Assembly: GCA_003971905.1 (NCBI GenBank)
Contig: RSEE01000031.1
Coordinates: 248,001-312,000, forward strand
DNA length: 64,000 bases
DNA from: Moniliella sp. 'wahieum'
Lineage: Eukaryota
Direction: 5' to 3'
The notes beneath the pieces are model-generated. The model was given only the letters and a program-made list of their open reading frames with translations, was not told the DNA's origin and did no database searches. A program made the position numbers and the translations under genes. Below, one piece after another: positions 48,698-62,978 of the stretch; positions within the stretch are counted from its first letter, which is position 1, and every line of letters begins with the position of its first letter.

Positions 48698-50054
48698 ATG
48701 GCCGAGCAGCATGGGCGACGAGCGGTGCGGGAGCGGTGCGAGGCGCGTGCGCGTGCCGCCGAGCACCTCGCTTCCGTCGTTCGATGCGAATCGCTCTGGC
48801 TCGGCAGCATCCGCTTCACCCCCCGCCGACCTGGCTCGCATCTTTGACACGTCCCGCGCCCCGGCGCGAGCGCGCGCGGTACGTCACATGACACTGGGCC
48901 TGTCTCTTGCCCGCGTCCTCCAGCCCACGGCCGCTTCGGCAGGAACACCAGGTGCGGCGGCGGATGCGGCCGCCGCCGCCTCGGCCCAGGCTGCTGTCCA
49001 GGCCGTGCGGGAAGAATGGGTGCCAGCTGCCACGCTTACCACCCGTCTCGCCGCCGTCGCAGTCCATGCCAGTGTCTTTTCCGACGCGCTCGAGGCGGCT
49101 GAAGAAAACCATGCCCGTTCCCAGCGCCAAGGCGGATTGGCGTTGCTTCCCCCGCTGCCCAAACTTGGATCGACAATTTCGTCCGCGCTGCGTCACCGTA
49201 CAGCGGGAACGGGCTCCCTCGCTGCCCCCGTCGCACCTTCCGCTTCGGCCGCCGATTCCTTGCCCCCGTCCCCCCAGCCTGTAGGAAGGACATGGCGACG
49301 AGCTGAGTCGGTCAAAGATTCGGCCTCGGTCGGCTCGGGCGGCGCCGAAGCCAATGAGGTGGCGCCGCCGTCGGTCTCGCCCTTGGCCCAGACCAGCTCG
49401 GCAGTCAGCTCGGCCGCGGCCTCGGCGGCTACCGCAATTGTCGAAGGTAACACCGAGGAGGGGGCTGTGACGGTGATTGCGCTCGGCGAGGGCGATCCGA
49501 GGGGCGTTGCTGTGCTCTACCACCCTCATGTCGGGTTCGCGCTGGACTTTGGCAGGGTCTTCACGTCGCTGGTCACCGTGGTGGCCCAAGCGTATGGCCA
49601 GGTCGCCCATCTCGCCGATCCTTACCACCAAGAGGAGCCAGGCGATTGGGATGCGGTTCCCGCCGTCATGGCCGACGCGTTTGTTCAATTGGAAACGGGC
49701 CTGCATCGGACGCTTGCCTGGGTCGGCCAGGAACTGAGCGCACTGGCTCGCCAAATGGTGCGAGAACAAATGGGCCAAATGGAATCGCTCTTATCGTCGT
49801 TACACTCTGTTGCGCCGCCCGTGCCGCCCGTACCTTTGTTGCCCCAGTCGCCACCGTCTCCCCCCCTGCTGTCCCAGCAAGCTAGCAGCACCCTCTACAC
49901 CCCCGGTACCTCCCCCACCCCATCCGCCACCGCGGCCCAGTCGACACCTGCGTTGGTAGCGCTGCCCACCCCGAGTACGCCAGCGTCTTCTTCGCTTATC
50001 TTGCCCTCCTCGGACCGGGCGGAAACACACTCGTCGGCCGAAGGTCGCCTGTGA
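48698..50054 (+). CDS. Probably conserved uncharacterised fungal protein
   Basis: MAEQHG...EHLASVVRCESLWLGSIRFTP|ADLARIFD...RAVRHMTLGLSL and a later LYHPHVGFALDFGRVFTSLVTVVAQAY recall an uncharacterised fungal family (YLR..HEGR.YWFNT / L.TP.LPF..D...TF..L); long open frame 48711-50054. Family match is from memory. Confidence 0.6.
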
Positions 50055-51868
50055 CCTTCTCCACGCCCCTACCGTCCGAACTGGATGCCAGTTGGGGCGA
50101 AGCGACGCCCCGGCCTGGCACGGTCGCCATGCCCACACCCCTTCCCAATGCTTGAATCCTATCCCAGATGCTCCTTCTCGTTCCTAGGCTAGACAGTGAC
50201 CGGTGATGCATGATAGAGGCGCATGGTGAGCCAGCGGCCCCGATCCACCGACCGGCAAGTTAGGCAACTGAGACGGAAAAGTACTTGCCGCATTTAGATC
50301 TCATCGTCCCAACGTCCCCTCTGCTTTACGTTGAATCTCAGACCCAGTGTGCCAATCCCGCGTCGATCACTCGATCACGTTGGGCAGGTCACAGGTTGCA
50401 TGCTGGAGGCCACATGTGACTACCATGTGATATGCATCTTGTCACGTGATGCATGGCAATTCAGGCTCGGGTGTTACCTTATCGATTACGAGGAAGTGCT
50501 ATCGGATGACATTCTTAGTGCCTTCCCACTGGTCTTCACTTGCTTCTGTTGGAGGGTAGTGCTGGGGTTCCCTTGCACGACTCTCGGTGGATCAGTGACG
50601 ATCACTTAACCGGGCGGAAGAGTTCCGCTCGCAGGGCGCGCGCGCCCTGCTCACTTCATCTCTCCCTTCTCTCTCTCCTGTCTCCTTCCCTTCAATTCAG
50701 ATGTTGCTTGAACTTTGCCTTTTCACGCCTTGTCTGAAGGCTGCACTGCAGCTGATCCATTGGATCGCGAGTGCTCCCAAGGCGCACTCTATAGCAGCTT
50801 CGTCTGCTTCGCTGTGCGATGGGGCTTAGACAGAAGGGGGTTACCAAAATGGGGCCAACCAACAGTCAGCATCCTCGATTGGTGGGGATCCTTTATCCCA
50901 CCTTCCATTCTCGTTCCCTTCCCGCCTTTCCTGTCCAACTCCTGAACGTTTCCAGCCAATTGATTCAGTAATACAGGCAACCTCTCGTCTCCACTTGGCT
51001 GCATCATCTTCATCATCCAACCTCCTCCTCCAGCTTTCCATCTGCCCAGTCGCGCGAGCCTTCCATCAGCCGCGTCGGTTCCCCGTACCACAGCATGCCG
51101 CGTGGGTTCCTTTCACAGTCACTGCCATGCCTCAGCCCTGGCAGTGTCTGTCCGCTCCACTGCATCTACCCGTCTCTGAGCCCCGGAGGTTTCAGACACG
51201 TTACTACCCTCCAGCCGGCGTATACGCGGCCTTGCCACGCGTGCAGCCGCCTCGGCTTCACGCCCAAAGGCTTCTCTTCCTCGCTCGGATCCACCAGGTA
51301 GCCCATGAGTCGCAATTGCTTGTTTCAACTTGCTACACCGCTCCGCGGCAGCCTTGTGGCCAGGTCGACGGCAGTGGGGGCACAACCGTGGGCGTGGATT
51401 GAAGGGGCACCGTGTGCGAGTGTGAGCGTCGGTGTCGCAATGGGGGCACCGGCGGGGAGTAGGGTAGGGGGCATTTTAAGTGGGTGGAGGGACGCGTCGA
51501 CGCGACTCTGTCATATGCCGATGATTGGCGCAGCCAGCCCCCAGCCGTCACGTGCAGGTGGGGGGGGTGCAGTAGGGTTGCACATTTTCTTTGCACCCTC
51601 CGATATGGAACTTAGAGATCGACCTAATCGACCCCACTAGTTTTGGACACCGCTCGCGGGGGCCCGCCTCAGGGTGGGAGAGGCGGGGGGCCAGTGTGGA
51701 CCAGCGCGTGTGGCGCATCCAGGCCCCTGGGCCCGCCGCTTCTCAGACCCCAAGGGGAGCAGACGCGGTCCGAGTACGCCTGATGCTTGCATTGGTGGTT
51801 GCCCACCTGGGCGCCGGCCGCCCTGGAAGCTTTTTGCCCTGGCTTGGACAGTCGCCGCTTGTATATAG

Positions 51869-52654
<786 letters not shown>

Positions 52655-53805
52655 CTACCTACACCGGCCATGCCCCCCCCCCCCCACACACACCCACAAC
52701 TGTCCCCTACCCCCGCGCGCTTTTTCCTCTCCTCCTTCTCCCGCCCTTCTGGATACCTCTCGGCACGCATATCTCTCGCCTGGGCCACCTATTATTGCAT
52801 TGCATGCGCTGTGTGGAGCGAAACGCAAGCGATAACACACAAGGAGAGGCAGGTAGCTACGTCATATTATGCTGTGCCCAGCATCTGCTCGTTGCTTGAT
52901 GCGTAGCGTGAGTAGTGAGGCTCGCCTTTTCAACATGCACATTGCCAACAATCCCGCGATTGCACCTCCCGTTCTCATGGGGGTCCAAATAAGAACATTC
53001 TTCTTCATTCTTTAGAGTGTTGCCCCCTGATCCGTCGAGTTGTCTGCTTCTCCCGCCATCTCCCACATGGCATTCTTTTGCATTTGTGCGTTCCCCCTCC
53101 AACCCCGCAGCAGAATCCCCTGTTCTGTTGAGCTCGCGTCTGTCTTTTCCTTTGCCAAGAACGTGGCGCCTTGCTGGCGGCATACGCGCCGGTCATCGAC
53201 GCCCGTGCCCCCCATGTCGGGCAAATGGCGATGCGGTCGAAAAGGGGTACGGTCCGGGGGGGGGGCAAAAGAACGCGTGGGTTGACACGCGAGTTGCGAT
53301 GGCACGCGAATCCATATGGAGGCCATGCTACAGCGCAAGGGCACGTCGGGTGGCGTGTGACGCGTGACGCGTGACGCGTGACGGTGGCGGAGGGGCAGGG
53401 GGCGAGTGGCAGGGCAGCCGACGCAGGACAGGGCTGGCACGGGGCCAGTGTGTGCGGCCGGTCCCGCTGGTGGGGTGGTGGTGGGTGGACGCAGCACGGG
53501 GCGCGTGCGGCGGCGGCAGGCGTGCATGCGAGCATGCATGCATGCATGCATCCGTGCAGCTGGCAGCAGACCGACGCAGTGCGCTGGGTGGCGCTGGGCT
53601 CGGGGCGACTGGGCGGGAGGCGTTGCGTTGCGTTGCGTTGCGTTGTGTTCGTGTCGGCGGGCGACTGGAGCTGATAATTGCCGTCTACGATGGGCAGGCG
53701 ATGCGATGGCCCTGCCGCTCTCCGATAGCCACAGCACAGCCATCACAGCCATCCGCATCCATCCATCGCCCTCCTCGCTCCCCGTCTGCGGCCCGCCTCC
53801 CCGCC

Positions 53806-55374
53806 ATGGCCGCCTCCATCGCCGCCCCAGCCGCCTACCCCCCACCCCCGCCCACCCGCACCCGCACCGCCGCCTCGCCGCGCGTCCAGCGCAAGTTCAA
53901 TGCCTCCACCGACAACATCTCCCTCTCCTCCCGCCTCTCCATCTCCTCCACCGTCTCCAGCGCCAGCGTCATCATCCGCCGCAGCGCCCAGTCCGTCGGC
54001 GCCAGTGTCACCCGCGGCCGCTCCAAGATCACCCGTGCCAGCAAGCACTCCATCATGGGCATCTCCAACATCTTTGCCAAAGACCGCACCCAGCAGCAGC
54101 CCCCCGCCGCCAGCTGCTGCTCCCCACACCGCCTCCCCCCTCTCCCTCCGCCACAGAGACCGCGCACCCAGTGCCGGCGTTTCCCTGTCGCACATGACCG
54201 TCGAGTCCCATGCCCCTCCACTCCGCACCACGGCCTCAGCCGCTGCCTTCTATGTGCGGCAAATGCAGGAGGCGGAGCAAGCGCGCTTCCAGCACCGCCG
54301 CCCCTCCTCCCCCGCCACCTCCGCCGGGAGCACCATGCGCCGCTCCAACCCCACGGCCGCGTCAGTCGGGATGAGACGCCGTCGCCTGCGTCCGCCACGT
54401 CGGGCCCGGCGCTCAGTGCCAACCAACGCAGCGCTCTTCAGGGCGGACCTCAACGTTCTGCCTCCTCTCGCAGTTCCAAGGACACCTCCGACGCACTGTT
54501 GCGTCATGCGGCCGGTCTCCAGGCCGATGCCGCTCCGTCGGCCGCGCTGGCGCGGGACGAACGGCGGTCCGGGGAGCAGGAGCAGGATGAACGCAACGCC
54601 TCCTCGTTTTACGAACTCGGTCCCTCCTGGGCTGCTGAGCAGCCCCCCCTCCCTGTGCCCACCCGTCCTGGCGGGAACGATTCGGTAGGATCAGGAACGA
54701 GTGTAGGCAGCCTGGGTGCGCCTTGCTCCTCCTCGCCCCCTCCCTCGCCCTCGATACCGACTCGTTACGCCAATGGGCCGAGGGGATCGAGCGCGGCCGC
54801 CTCTCCGCGGCCCAGGCTCCGCTCCCCGCAGCATTCTCAAGAAACCAGAGGGTGAACCAAGCTCGACGCCGACGCTGGACGCCTCATCGATGGCCTCGCT
54901 TGTCTCCACCCCGCCCCGTGCCTCGCTCCCTTTGCATGCAAGTGTCTCGCCTCCCTCCCCCGCCGTTTCGCCCGGTGCCGGCCCCTACACCGCTGCTTCC
55001 GCTGCTCCCTTTTCCCCCCTTCCTTCCCTTGCTCCTCTTGTCCCCCTTTCTCCTCTTGCCCCTCTTTCTCCCCTTGCTGTCTCTGCCCCCCCCTCTTTTT
55101 GGCAACTGCCCCTTCCCCTGCGCTAGGTCCTGCTCCAGCCCCGCTGCGGCACTTGCCATGGCCGGAAGCGGGAAACGGATTGTGTTTGCGCCCCGCGCCC
55201 AGCTCCATTCTACACTGGCCCGCTCACATCTACGATCGACGTGGTGAGCTAACGACAGCCAATCGGCTTACCCCTCTTTTGGCACAACAGATCAAGGAAG
55301 AACTAAACGTGTACAAGATGGAGGAGATGTCGGTCGCTCCTTCGTCCCGTATCTTTACCCAGTTCTTTGTTTAA
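53806..55374 (+). CDS. Bni4/Phactr-like PP1-targeting protein
   Basis: C-terminus KRIVFAP...TWPAHIYDRRGELTTANRLTPLLAQQIKEELNVYKMEEMSV...SRIFTQFFV*, with an RVxF-type motif and YDR / LTP..A..IK.ELN..K..M, typical of Bni4-like PP1-binding tails; the rest is disordered. Confidence 0.78.
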
Positions 55375-55884
55375 TCCCCGCCCCTCTTTCTGCCGCCTCG
55401 ACGTCTTTCCCTTTCAGAGATGCGTCTGGTGAGACCGCCCCGACCGGACCGGTCGACCGTTCCGGCTGGCCCTTCGCTTGTTTCGGCCCCGACAGGGGGC
55501 CCGATCAACTGTTATTTGCACCTCCTGCCTTGGCCTGCCTTTCTGCCCTAGGGCGGGAGCACGCTTGATGACGACCTTTTTGCCTTCGCTTGTGATCTAC
55601 TACCGAGGTGCTTGTTTTTCCCTTGCCTTCCCTTGACTTCCTTTGACTTCCCTTCCCTTTGCATTGCTCTGTTTGTCGTTTCTCTTTTGCCGCATATACT
55701 TTGTTACCCGTGTAGGTGGCTATGTGCTCCGACCGAGCCAAGCACGCTGTGGGGCTCGGCCTACGATCCCTACCTAACACGCCCTCTTCTCCGTTGGATC
55801 CCAGGGATATAGTTGGCTAGAATAATACAGGGGCACTGGCATGTGGCGTGGGGGTGGGCTGGTGGAGTTGTGGGTAACCGCGGC

Positions 55885-58800
55885 TCACAGGAGCAGGCAT
55901 CGTTCGTCGCGGGAACTGTAGAAGAGGATCTTGTGAGGACCGTCAGGCTGTTCGCGTTTCAATCGACTTCGCAGTTCGCTCAAGCGAGCGCGGATGGCCT
56001 TGTATATTCGGCGGCGGTGCCCCGGGGCGCCTCGCGTTCCAACGAAGGGAACTCCTCGAGGAGCGCCAGCCGCGCCAACTCTTTCCACGGCAAGTCGAGT
56101 ACCAACACGGGAATCTGGCCCCGAACCACTTGCTCCGACACATGCACCGCGTCCCGCGCTGCCTGTCCTCCAACCCGGCGCGACCTTGGCGCTGCAACCG
56201 CCGTTCCTTGTGGCGCGACTCGCGACCCGCTCCGCCCGACCCGCCGCGCGCGGCCGGTCCAGGCGGAAAGACAACGTGCGTATCGACCTGCTCCCACTTG
56301 CCCTCGGGCGGCGGGGCCAGTGCCAGCGTTGTGCCTGGCACCAGTCCTTGTCCGCCCATGCCCGACAGCGCGCCCGAAGCGAGTGTGCTAGCCAAGGAGA
56401 CCGCGGCTTGCTGGCTCGCCTCGTCGCCGGTATAGTAGGTGGTGGACAAGTCCACCGTTCGTTGTCGACCCAGCAGGTGGAGCAACGTGGCCACCACCTC
56501 TTCTCGTTCCACTTCCACCTCGGCCTTGTGCAGCACATTGCGGATCTTGACTTTTTCCCCGCGAACGCACATGGACCAGGAACGCAATCCCTTCCGCCTT
56601 GCACGAACGCAAGATCCGTTCGGGCGAGTAATGGCCAGTCGACGGATCGAGGTCGTACGTTTCTTCCTCGCCTGGCCCACCGCATCGTACTTCAAGTCGG
56701 CCGCGATCCCGGCCGCCCACATGGTCCCGGACCAATTGGATCCGGGCAAGACGGCGCCGGCGGCTGATCACATACGCATCGCACCGCCGTGCGGTCCAGG
56801 CACCGAAACTGCGTTCTTCTTCGCTCGCTCGGTTGGCCCAGTGCGACGCATGCATCACTTGCCAGTTTTGCAACTCGAACGCAATCTTGCCCACGGAGAT
56901 CTCGACGCCGACCCCGTGTTCGGGCGTGCCCGCGTCGCGCAGCGCCGAACCAGGAACCGGGTGCAAAAAGCGTTCGTTCGGCGCAAAGCGCGTCAACAAC
57001 GAATCGTACCGCCCACCCGCCGCGAGCACTTCGAGTTTGCGTCCCAACGGCCGCGCCAGCTGGAAAATGGCGCCGGATTTGTAGTACGCTGCGTTGCGGG
57101 AGCAAGGGCGTAATGCACAGCGGCAAGCGAACGCCAAATGCTTCGCTTAACGTTTGGATCTGCCGCAGTTCATGCAGAGGCGCAACCAGTTGGCGCCGTA
57201 CCGACGTCGGCATATGCTCCCCCAATTTCTTCTCCACTTCCTCCAACGAAGACGACAGATTGACCCGTTCCAACTCCTCAATCACCGACGTGGTCAAGCC
57301 AAGCTGCTTCAACCGAGCCCGCACACGCGCTCGGTCGCTTTGGCGTAACCGCATCCCGAGCGTAGGTGCCAGGGCTGTCAGCACGGCCTGCCGATGGATC
57401 GCATCGTGGGCAGGAAGGATGGACTGGAGGACGGCTTGGAGCATCGAGCTGTGATTCAACTGGATCATCCACTCGCTCCCGGCCTTGCACAGGCCCGGAA
57501 CTTGTTCCAGAATCGCCTGCAGCACCGAAAACGTTTCCGCCTCGGCCCCGGCCCAGCGCATGGGGAGATAATGTCAAAGTTGGCCTCGGCCACCTCAATC
57601 GGCTGGCGGGTGGGATCGGAATTGGCTCGGTAGACTCCACGTATGTCGTACCGCTTGTAGCGCGGGTGCTGCCGCGACTGCATAAATGTGCGGGCAAAGG
57701 GAAGGATGTTGTCGTAGGGAAGATAGACCAAGCGCCCGCCCCGGTCCAGGAGACGAACAAGTTTGTTCTGGACTTGCCCCGCGCCCTGCGGTCCCGCCGG
57801 GTCCGTGCCCACCAAGCTCGTGTCCAGCCCCACCGAGGTGGGCAGCAGCGGTTGCTTGTGCGTATGCGTGAAGCTGCGCGGGGGGTTGTAAAACTCGTTG
57901 GGGGAACAAGCGGTGGCACACTCGTCTGTACCGCCCCGTGACGACGAAAGATGGTACGCAGACTGTCGGCCACGAGGTTGTAGAGCGGCGACTCGGTCTC
58001 TCGTCCGGCATTGTCGTCGTATTGCGTATCTCGGGCCATATCGTTCACTTCCTCGTCCATACTGCGCCCTTGCCCTCCGGACCAAACAGCTGGCCGTCAA
58101 ACAAGGTCGCCAACAGACGGTCGTGGTGTACGCTCTGCGGGTGGTACCCATACGAAGAAATTCTTCGACAAACTCGTCCTCCAGATCCTCGTCCGGCAGC
58201 AGCTTGGATCGTAACAGTTGCAGCGGTGTTGGACGTTCCTCAGGCGAGTGCAGCAGGAGCCAACGCACCACCCTTGTTTCGGGCTCATCGGGACCAAATG
58301 GCCAAGACGCGGGAAGAGTCAGGTTTTCCCGAAGTGCCTTGAGCGTTAAAATTCGCTCCATCCCTGTTTTGTACACCCCGGCTGACGAGGCCAGCATCTC
58401 GAAAAAGATCACGCCAAGAGAATACATATCCACCTTGGCATCGTACGAGCCACCACGTTCCACCTCGGGTGCAATGTACAAGTTGGTGCCCACATCTGTG
58501 GTCAGGTCGGTGGCGTCCGACTCGGGTTGCTCCCCCCCTTCCTCTTCAAACTGCGAGTTGGCTGTGGTAGCCAGCCCAAAGTCACCAACTTTGATCTTGC
58601 CTCCCATAAATACGTTGCTTGGTTTAAGGTCGCGATGAATGATGCCCATGGTCAAGTTGATGTGGGTGAGCGCCTCGAGCATCTGCCGCAGAAGGGACCA
58701 ACTCTCCTCTCGGGTGACGCCATCGTCGATAGCCGAGCGCAAGGTAGGACCACTAATGTACTCCATTTGGATAAAGAGGGTGCGCCGGGTCACCATCCGC

Positions 58801-61623
58801 GGCTTGTCCACCGTTGAGCTCGACCGTTCGCTCTCCAAATCAAAGGTCGGGCCTATGCGGAGAAGACTGTCATCTCTTGGGTGACGGACAAGAGCCTGGG
58901 ATCGGCTGGGGGATGCGTTGAGCTCGAAGCGTCCGACGAACTCGAGGGAGACGCAGGAGTTGGTCCGTGACGTGGCCGACGAAATAGGCCGCCGCTTGAA
59001 TCAGAGCTTTCCTCAGACTCATCCGAAGATTCATCCGAAGACGAGTCATGTAGCTCCCTTACCTGGGCAGGCGAAGCCTCCTCCTCCTCCTCCCACCCAA
59101 ATTGGATGTCGTCATCGGAGGCTCCATGACTGCGGGAAAAGTGGCCAACAGAAAGAAAATCGCTCTCTCGTCGCCCCTGGGCAAACTGCGGGAACTAGTA
59201 AACTACCAACTTTGAGAGGCCGATTTTTTCCCCTCCCCCTTCGGCTAGAACGACTTCACTGGATGCTTCCGTCGACGCAACCGTACTGCCTTCATGAAAC
59301 GCAACCACCTGGTCCTCAATCCAGCAAGTCACGTACCGGGTCACCCGAGGATGGTTCAACCGCGACAGGGCCTGCACTTCCCGCAGCGTCTTGTCATCCT
59401 CAATGCTGCGGCGTACACCCCCATCGTTGGAGAGGCGAATTTTCTTGATGGCATATTGCCGCCCATCAAGGATGTTGCGTGCGCGGACGACAGATCCAAA
59501 TGCGCCCTTGCCAAGAAAGAAACTGCAGCTCTTCAAAGTCCGTCTCGTACCGCGAAACGGGCCTTGTCGGGGACGCAGGGCGGGGTGCCCGCGTCATGGC
59601 CAAAAGGAACCAGGCCGTGTCTGAGGCGAAGAACCAAGGATTGCTAGGGACTTTGGCCCTTTCGTCACCGCGGGGGAGAGGCCCCAAACCAGGTTGGGTG
59701 ATGGGGAACTCATGGCGGGCGTCGGTACAAGATCCATGGGGCTTGGGAGCGGTGCGCGCACAATATCGCCTGCAGTTCTTCCAGTTGTGACAATGCCTTT
59801 TTGGCAGAGGGACGTTTGCGCGGGGGTGCTCGTGCAGTAGCCCGAGGAGGAAAGTGGATACCTCGGGTGTCAACGGGGGACCTGCCTCGGACTGGAGCAA
59901 AGCAAGCGGAGAAGAGTACTTCATTGTAACGTCCAAGCCAAAAGTGCCTTGCAACAACAATCCCAAATGCGTATATGTCCTGGCTGCGGGAGAGGGCTTG
60001 GGCGTCGGTGGGAGTCCTGCACATTGGGTTAGCCTGGTCCTCGGGAGGAGAGAGAAAACCATAACATACCAACTATCTCGTGGATCTTTCTTGCCCTTTA
60101 GCCGTATGGGACGAGGTGGATCCTCGCCGCCAGTGGGAAGTTGAAAAGGATGTTGCTGATTCATGGTGTCGAGTTTAGCATGAAAGGTGGGTGTGTCAAG
60201 CCGAACATCGGCCCAGTGTCATCCGCCTCCCCTGCCTCCCGCTCACGCTTAGCAATCCAGCACTGGTCTGTCCGCACCGCGCCATGGACCAGATCATGTC
60301 CATGCAGATGGTGGAGCGCTTGTAAAAGTGAATGAGCCAATGCGCGTACTTTTCCCCATGGCAGCGGACCCATAAGATCGAGCAAGGTGGACAACGTTGC
60401 CACTCCACCCCGACCCGAGGGGGAAATGACTTGAGGCCGCTCCGAAACGACGACCAATTGCCATGGTGGGGTTCATGGGTGTTCTCGCAGGTAAAGATCC
60501 AAGGTGGGGACGGCGGGTCAAGGCGGCGGCAACAACATTGAGCAGATATTTGCTGTGCACCATCTTGAGCACGTAGCTGCGCTTCCACTTCCTCCAAGTT
60601 CTTCTTTCCATTCGGATTGGCCGTGTAGTAAGGAGAGAGTGAAGAGGTACTCCCTCAGATCCATGTGTAAGGGTCAGGCTTGGCTTCAACAGCGGTACCC
60701 GACAATGGAGGCCGCGGCGTCGAAGCGCCTAATAGTACGGGGGTAGCGTCATAGGTTGTGTACAACAAAGTGGTTTCAGTAACAGGTCCGACTTGGACCG
60801 CGTGTGTTTGAACATCCCGATAGCTTAATGGTTCGAGGAACGTTTCCTGCCTCACGTGAAGAGGAACCATGTGGGTGCCAGCATGCAACGTGCTCTCCAT
60901 CGAATCGGGGGCGCTTGGAGCCGGGGGTGGGGGGAACGGGGGCCGGCCCGGGGGGCACAGTCAGAACAGAATTGCTGCCGCTAGACTTGAGGTTGGAGAC
61001 GCTGCTGTTCTTGGGCAATGCGCTGGGCAATAAACTTGCGGTGTTCGAATTCTTGCTGCTCTTGGTCATTTGCTGTTGACGTGCGGCTGCTCCTGCTGTT
61101 CCTGCTGTTCGGCGGTGCGGACCTCCATAAACTGACTGAGCGATTGCAGTTCGGGATAGCGCATCTGGACCTCAGCCAGGCTGTGGTGTGCTCCGAGATA
61201 AAGTCTTGGGCAGCCGACACGAGTTCAAACACCATCTCTGTCCCGAGCGGCAAGCGGGAGAGCTGGGCATGGAGCAACGCATCGAGCCGATCGAGGGATG
61301 CGCTGTCCAAGCCCTTGATCGCATCGGGCTGGCACTCGGCAACAGCGGGGGGGAGGGGTGTGGAGGATGGTGATGTCAGGCCGTGTCCAGGGGTACGTCT
61401 TGGTGAAACGCACGCGCAGCACCGCCGAGACGTTGGCACGCAAGGCTTCGTCGTGGGGGCGCAGGACGATGGCAAACTCGGTGGGGTGCCAGGTGTTGGC
61501 CCAGGTATGGGGGGGCGGGATGAGGACGAGGTCGTCGGCATAGATGGAGGCAAGCACCTCGAGCTCGGTGGACTGCTGCTCGGCGATGGCCTCCTGCGAG
61601 GGCCGGTTGCTCTCGCCAGCCAT
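55885..61623 (-). CDS. GCN2: eIF2-alpha kinase Gcn2
   Basis: RWD domain (QQSTELEVLASIY, FTKTYP, EMVFELV), degenerate pseudokinase, kinase (SRYETDFEEL, LGKGAFGSVV, YAIKKIRL, LFIQMEY, IIHRDLKPSN, KVGDFGLAT, VGTNLYIAPE) and HisRS-like domain (IFRRHGA, LPYDNILPFAR, KRYDIRGVYR, AAGGRYDSL). Confidence 0.95.
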
Positions 61624-62978
61624 GGTCGAAGCAGCGGACACTGCCGGGGGGAGAAGGTGGTGTCGCACAGCAGTTATATGGCTGTGGTCTGTGCTGGCTG
61701 GCCAACCCACACCTGCCCCGTACTTAAGCAGCCCGGCCAGCGGCGGAATCGCCCTTCCGCCCGGCACTCGGCCCATGGAAACGACGATGGACGTCACATA
61801 TGCATCACACATCACCCGTTCAAGCCCGTCACATGTGATGTCACACGTTAAACCAGCGATGCATTCTGAAATTCTGACATTGAAGTAGCTTGGCATTCAA
61901 CTTTCATGTTGCACATGGAGCTCACGCGCACGACCCGCTTCTCTTTTGCCTTCGCAGATTGTTATAGCACAGGAGAACGACTGGCACCGGTGGCACCAGA
62001 GATCTGTTGAGCCATAGGGTGGTTCGTGCTTTGGCCAATGTCCCTTCAGTTCCTCCTCAGGCCTGGGAATTCTGTTTTCTCTCTCCTGTTTTTCCTTGTT
62101 CAGCGGCTTATAGCCCCTGGTGGCAACTCGCTGCTTGATGTTCCTCTGTAGGCGTTGCTGGTTGGCTTAGACCACCGCCACCACCAGTGCGATTGCATCA
62201 CCCTCGAGGACCATCCGGACTCCAGGCCCCAGGTCTCATCAAGATCACATGTCACAGTGGTGAGTCTCACCTGTTTTCTTTCCGGGTGCCCTGTCCACTG
62301 TCCTCCTCGATCCGATCCGTATCCACTCGCGCAACATACGAATGGAGAGCGAAAAGCGCTTTTTTCTTAACCCTGAGGCCTGACCGCTCTATCCCTACCC
62401 CCCTGCTTTTAATTATTCCGTGTCTCCCATCAAAACATACTATGTTCCGAGAAGGCCCGACAGCTCACAGAAGCAACGTCCTGAAGATGGGTTTTATGTT
62501 TTTCGTTCGTGCCATATGCCTGAGCGGGTGAGCGCACACGTTGGCCGCTCGTAAAAGTGGGCGTATTTGTGTGAGGGATAGAAGGGTATCCGGTAGATAT
62601 AGGTACCACAGACAGTGTCTGCACGCAGCGTTGCTCTTGCGACGAAGCCGAACAGGTGGGCCCAGATTCAACACAGGCATTGCGGCAGTGTCCGCAATGT
62701 GCAAGTGGGGTGGATCTAAAATAAGTTGCAAGCCAGGGGCCCCGCGCTAACATCTCAGACAAGCCCCGTCGACGATCCTCGATCCCCCTCAAAAATCAGA
62801 GTGGCACCGCAACCGCGCACCATCGAATATCATCACGCATCCTATCCACCAACGCGCCTCTCAGTCCGATGTCCACAACGTCCGTCCCACATATTGGGCC
62901 CCATTCCATCCGCTCCCCCGCCACCTGAACCACCACCACCAGCCCATCATCGTTTTCGACTTGCTTTTTTCCGTTCAC

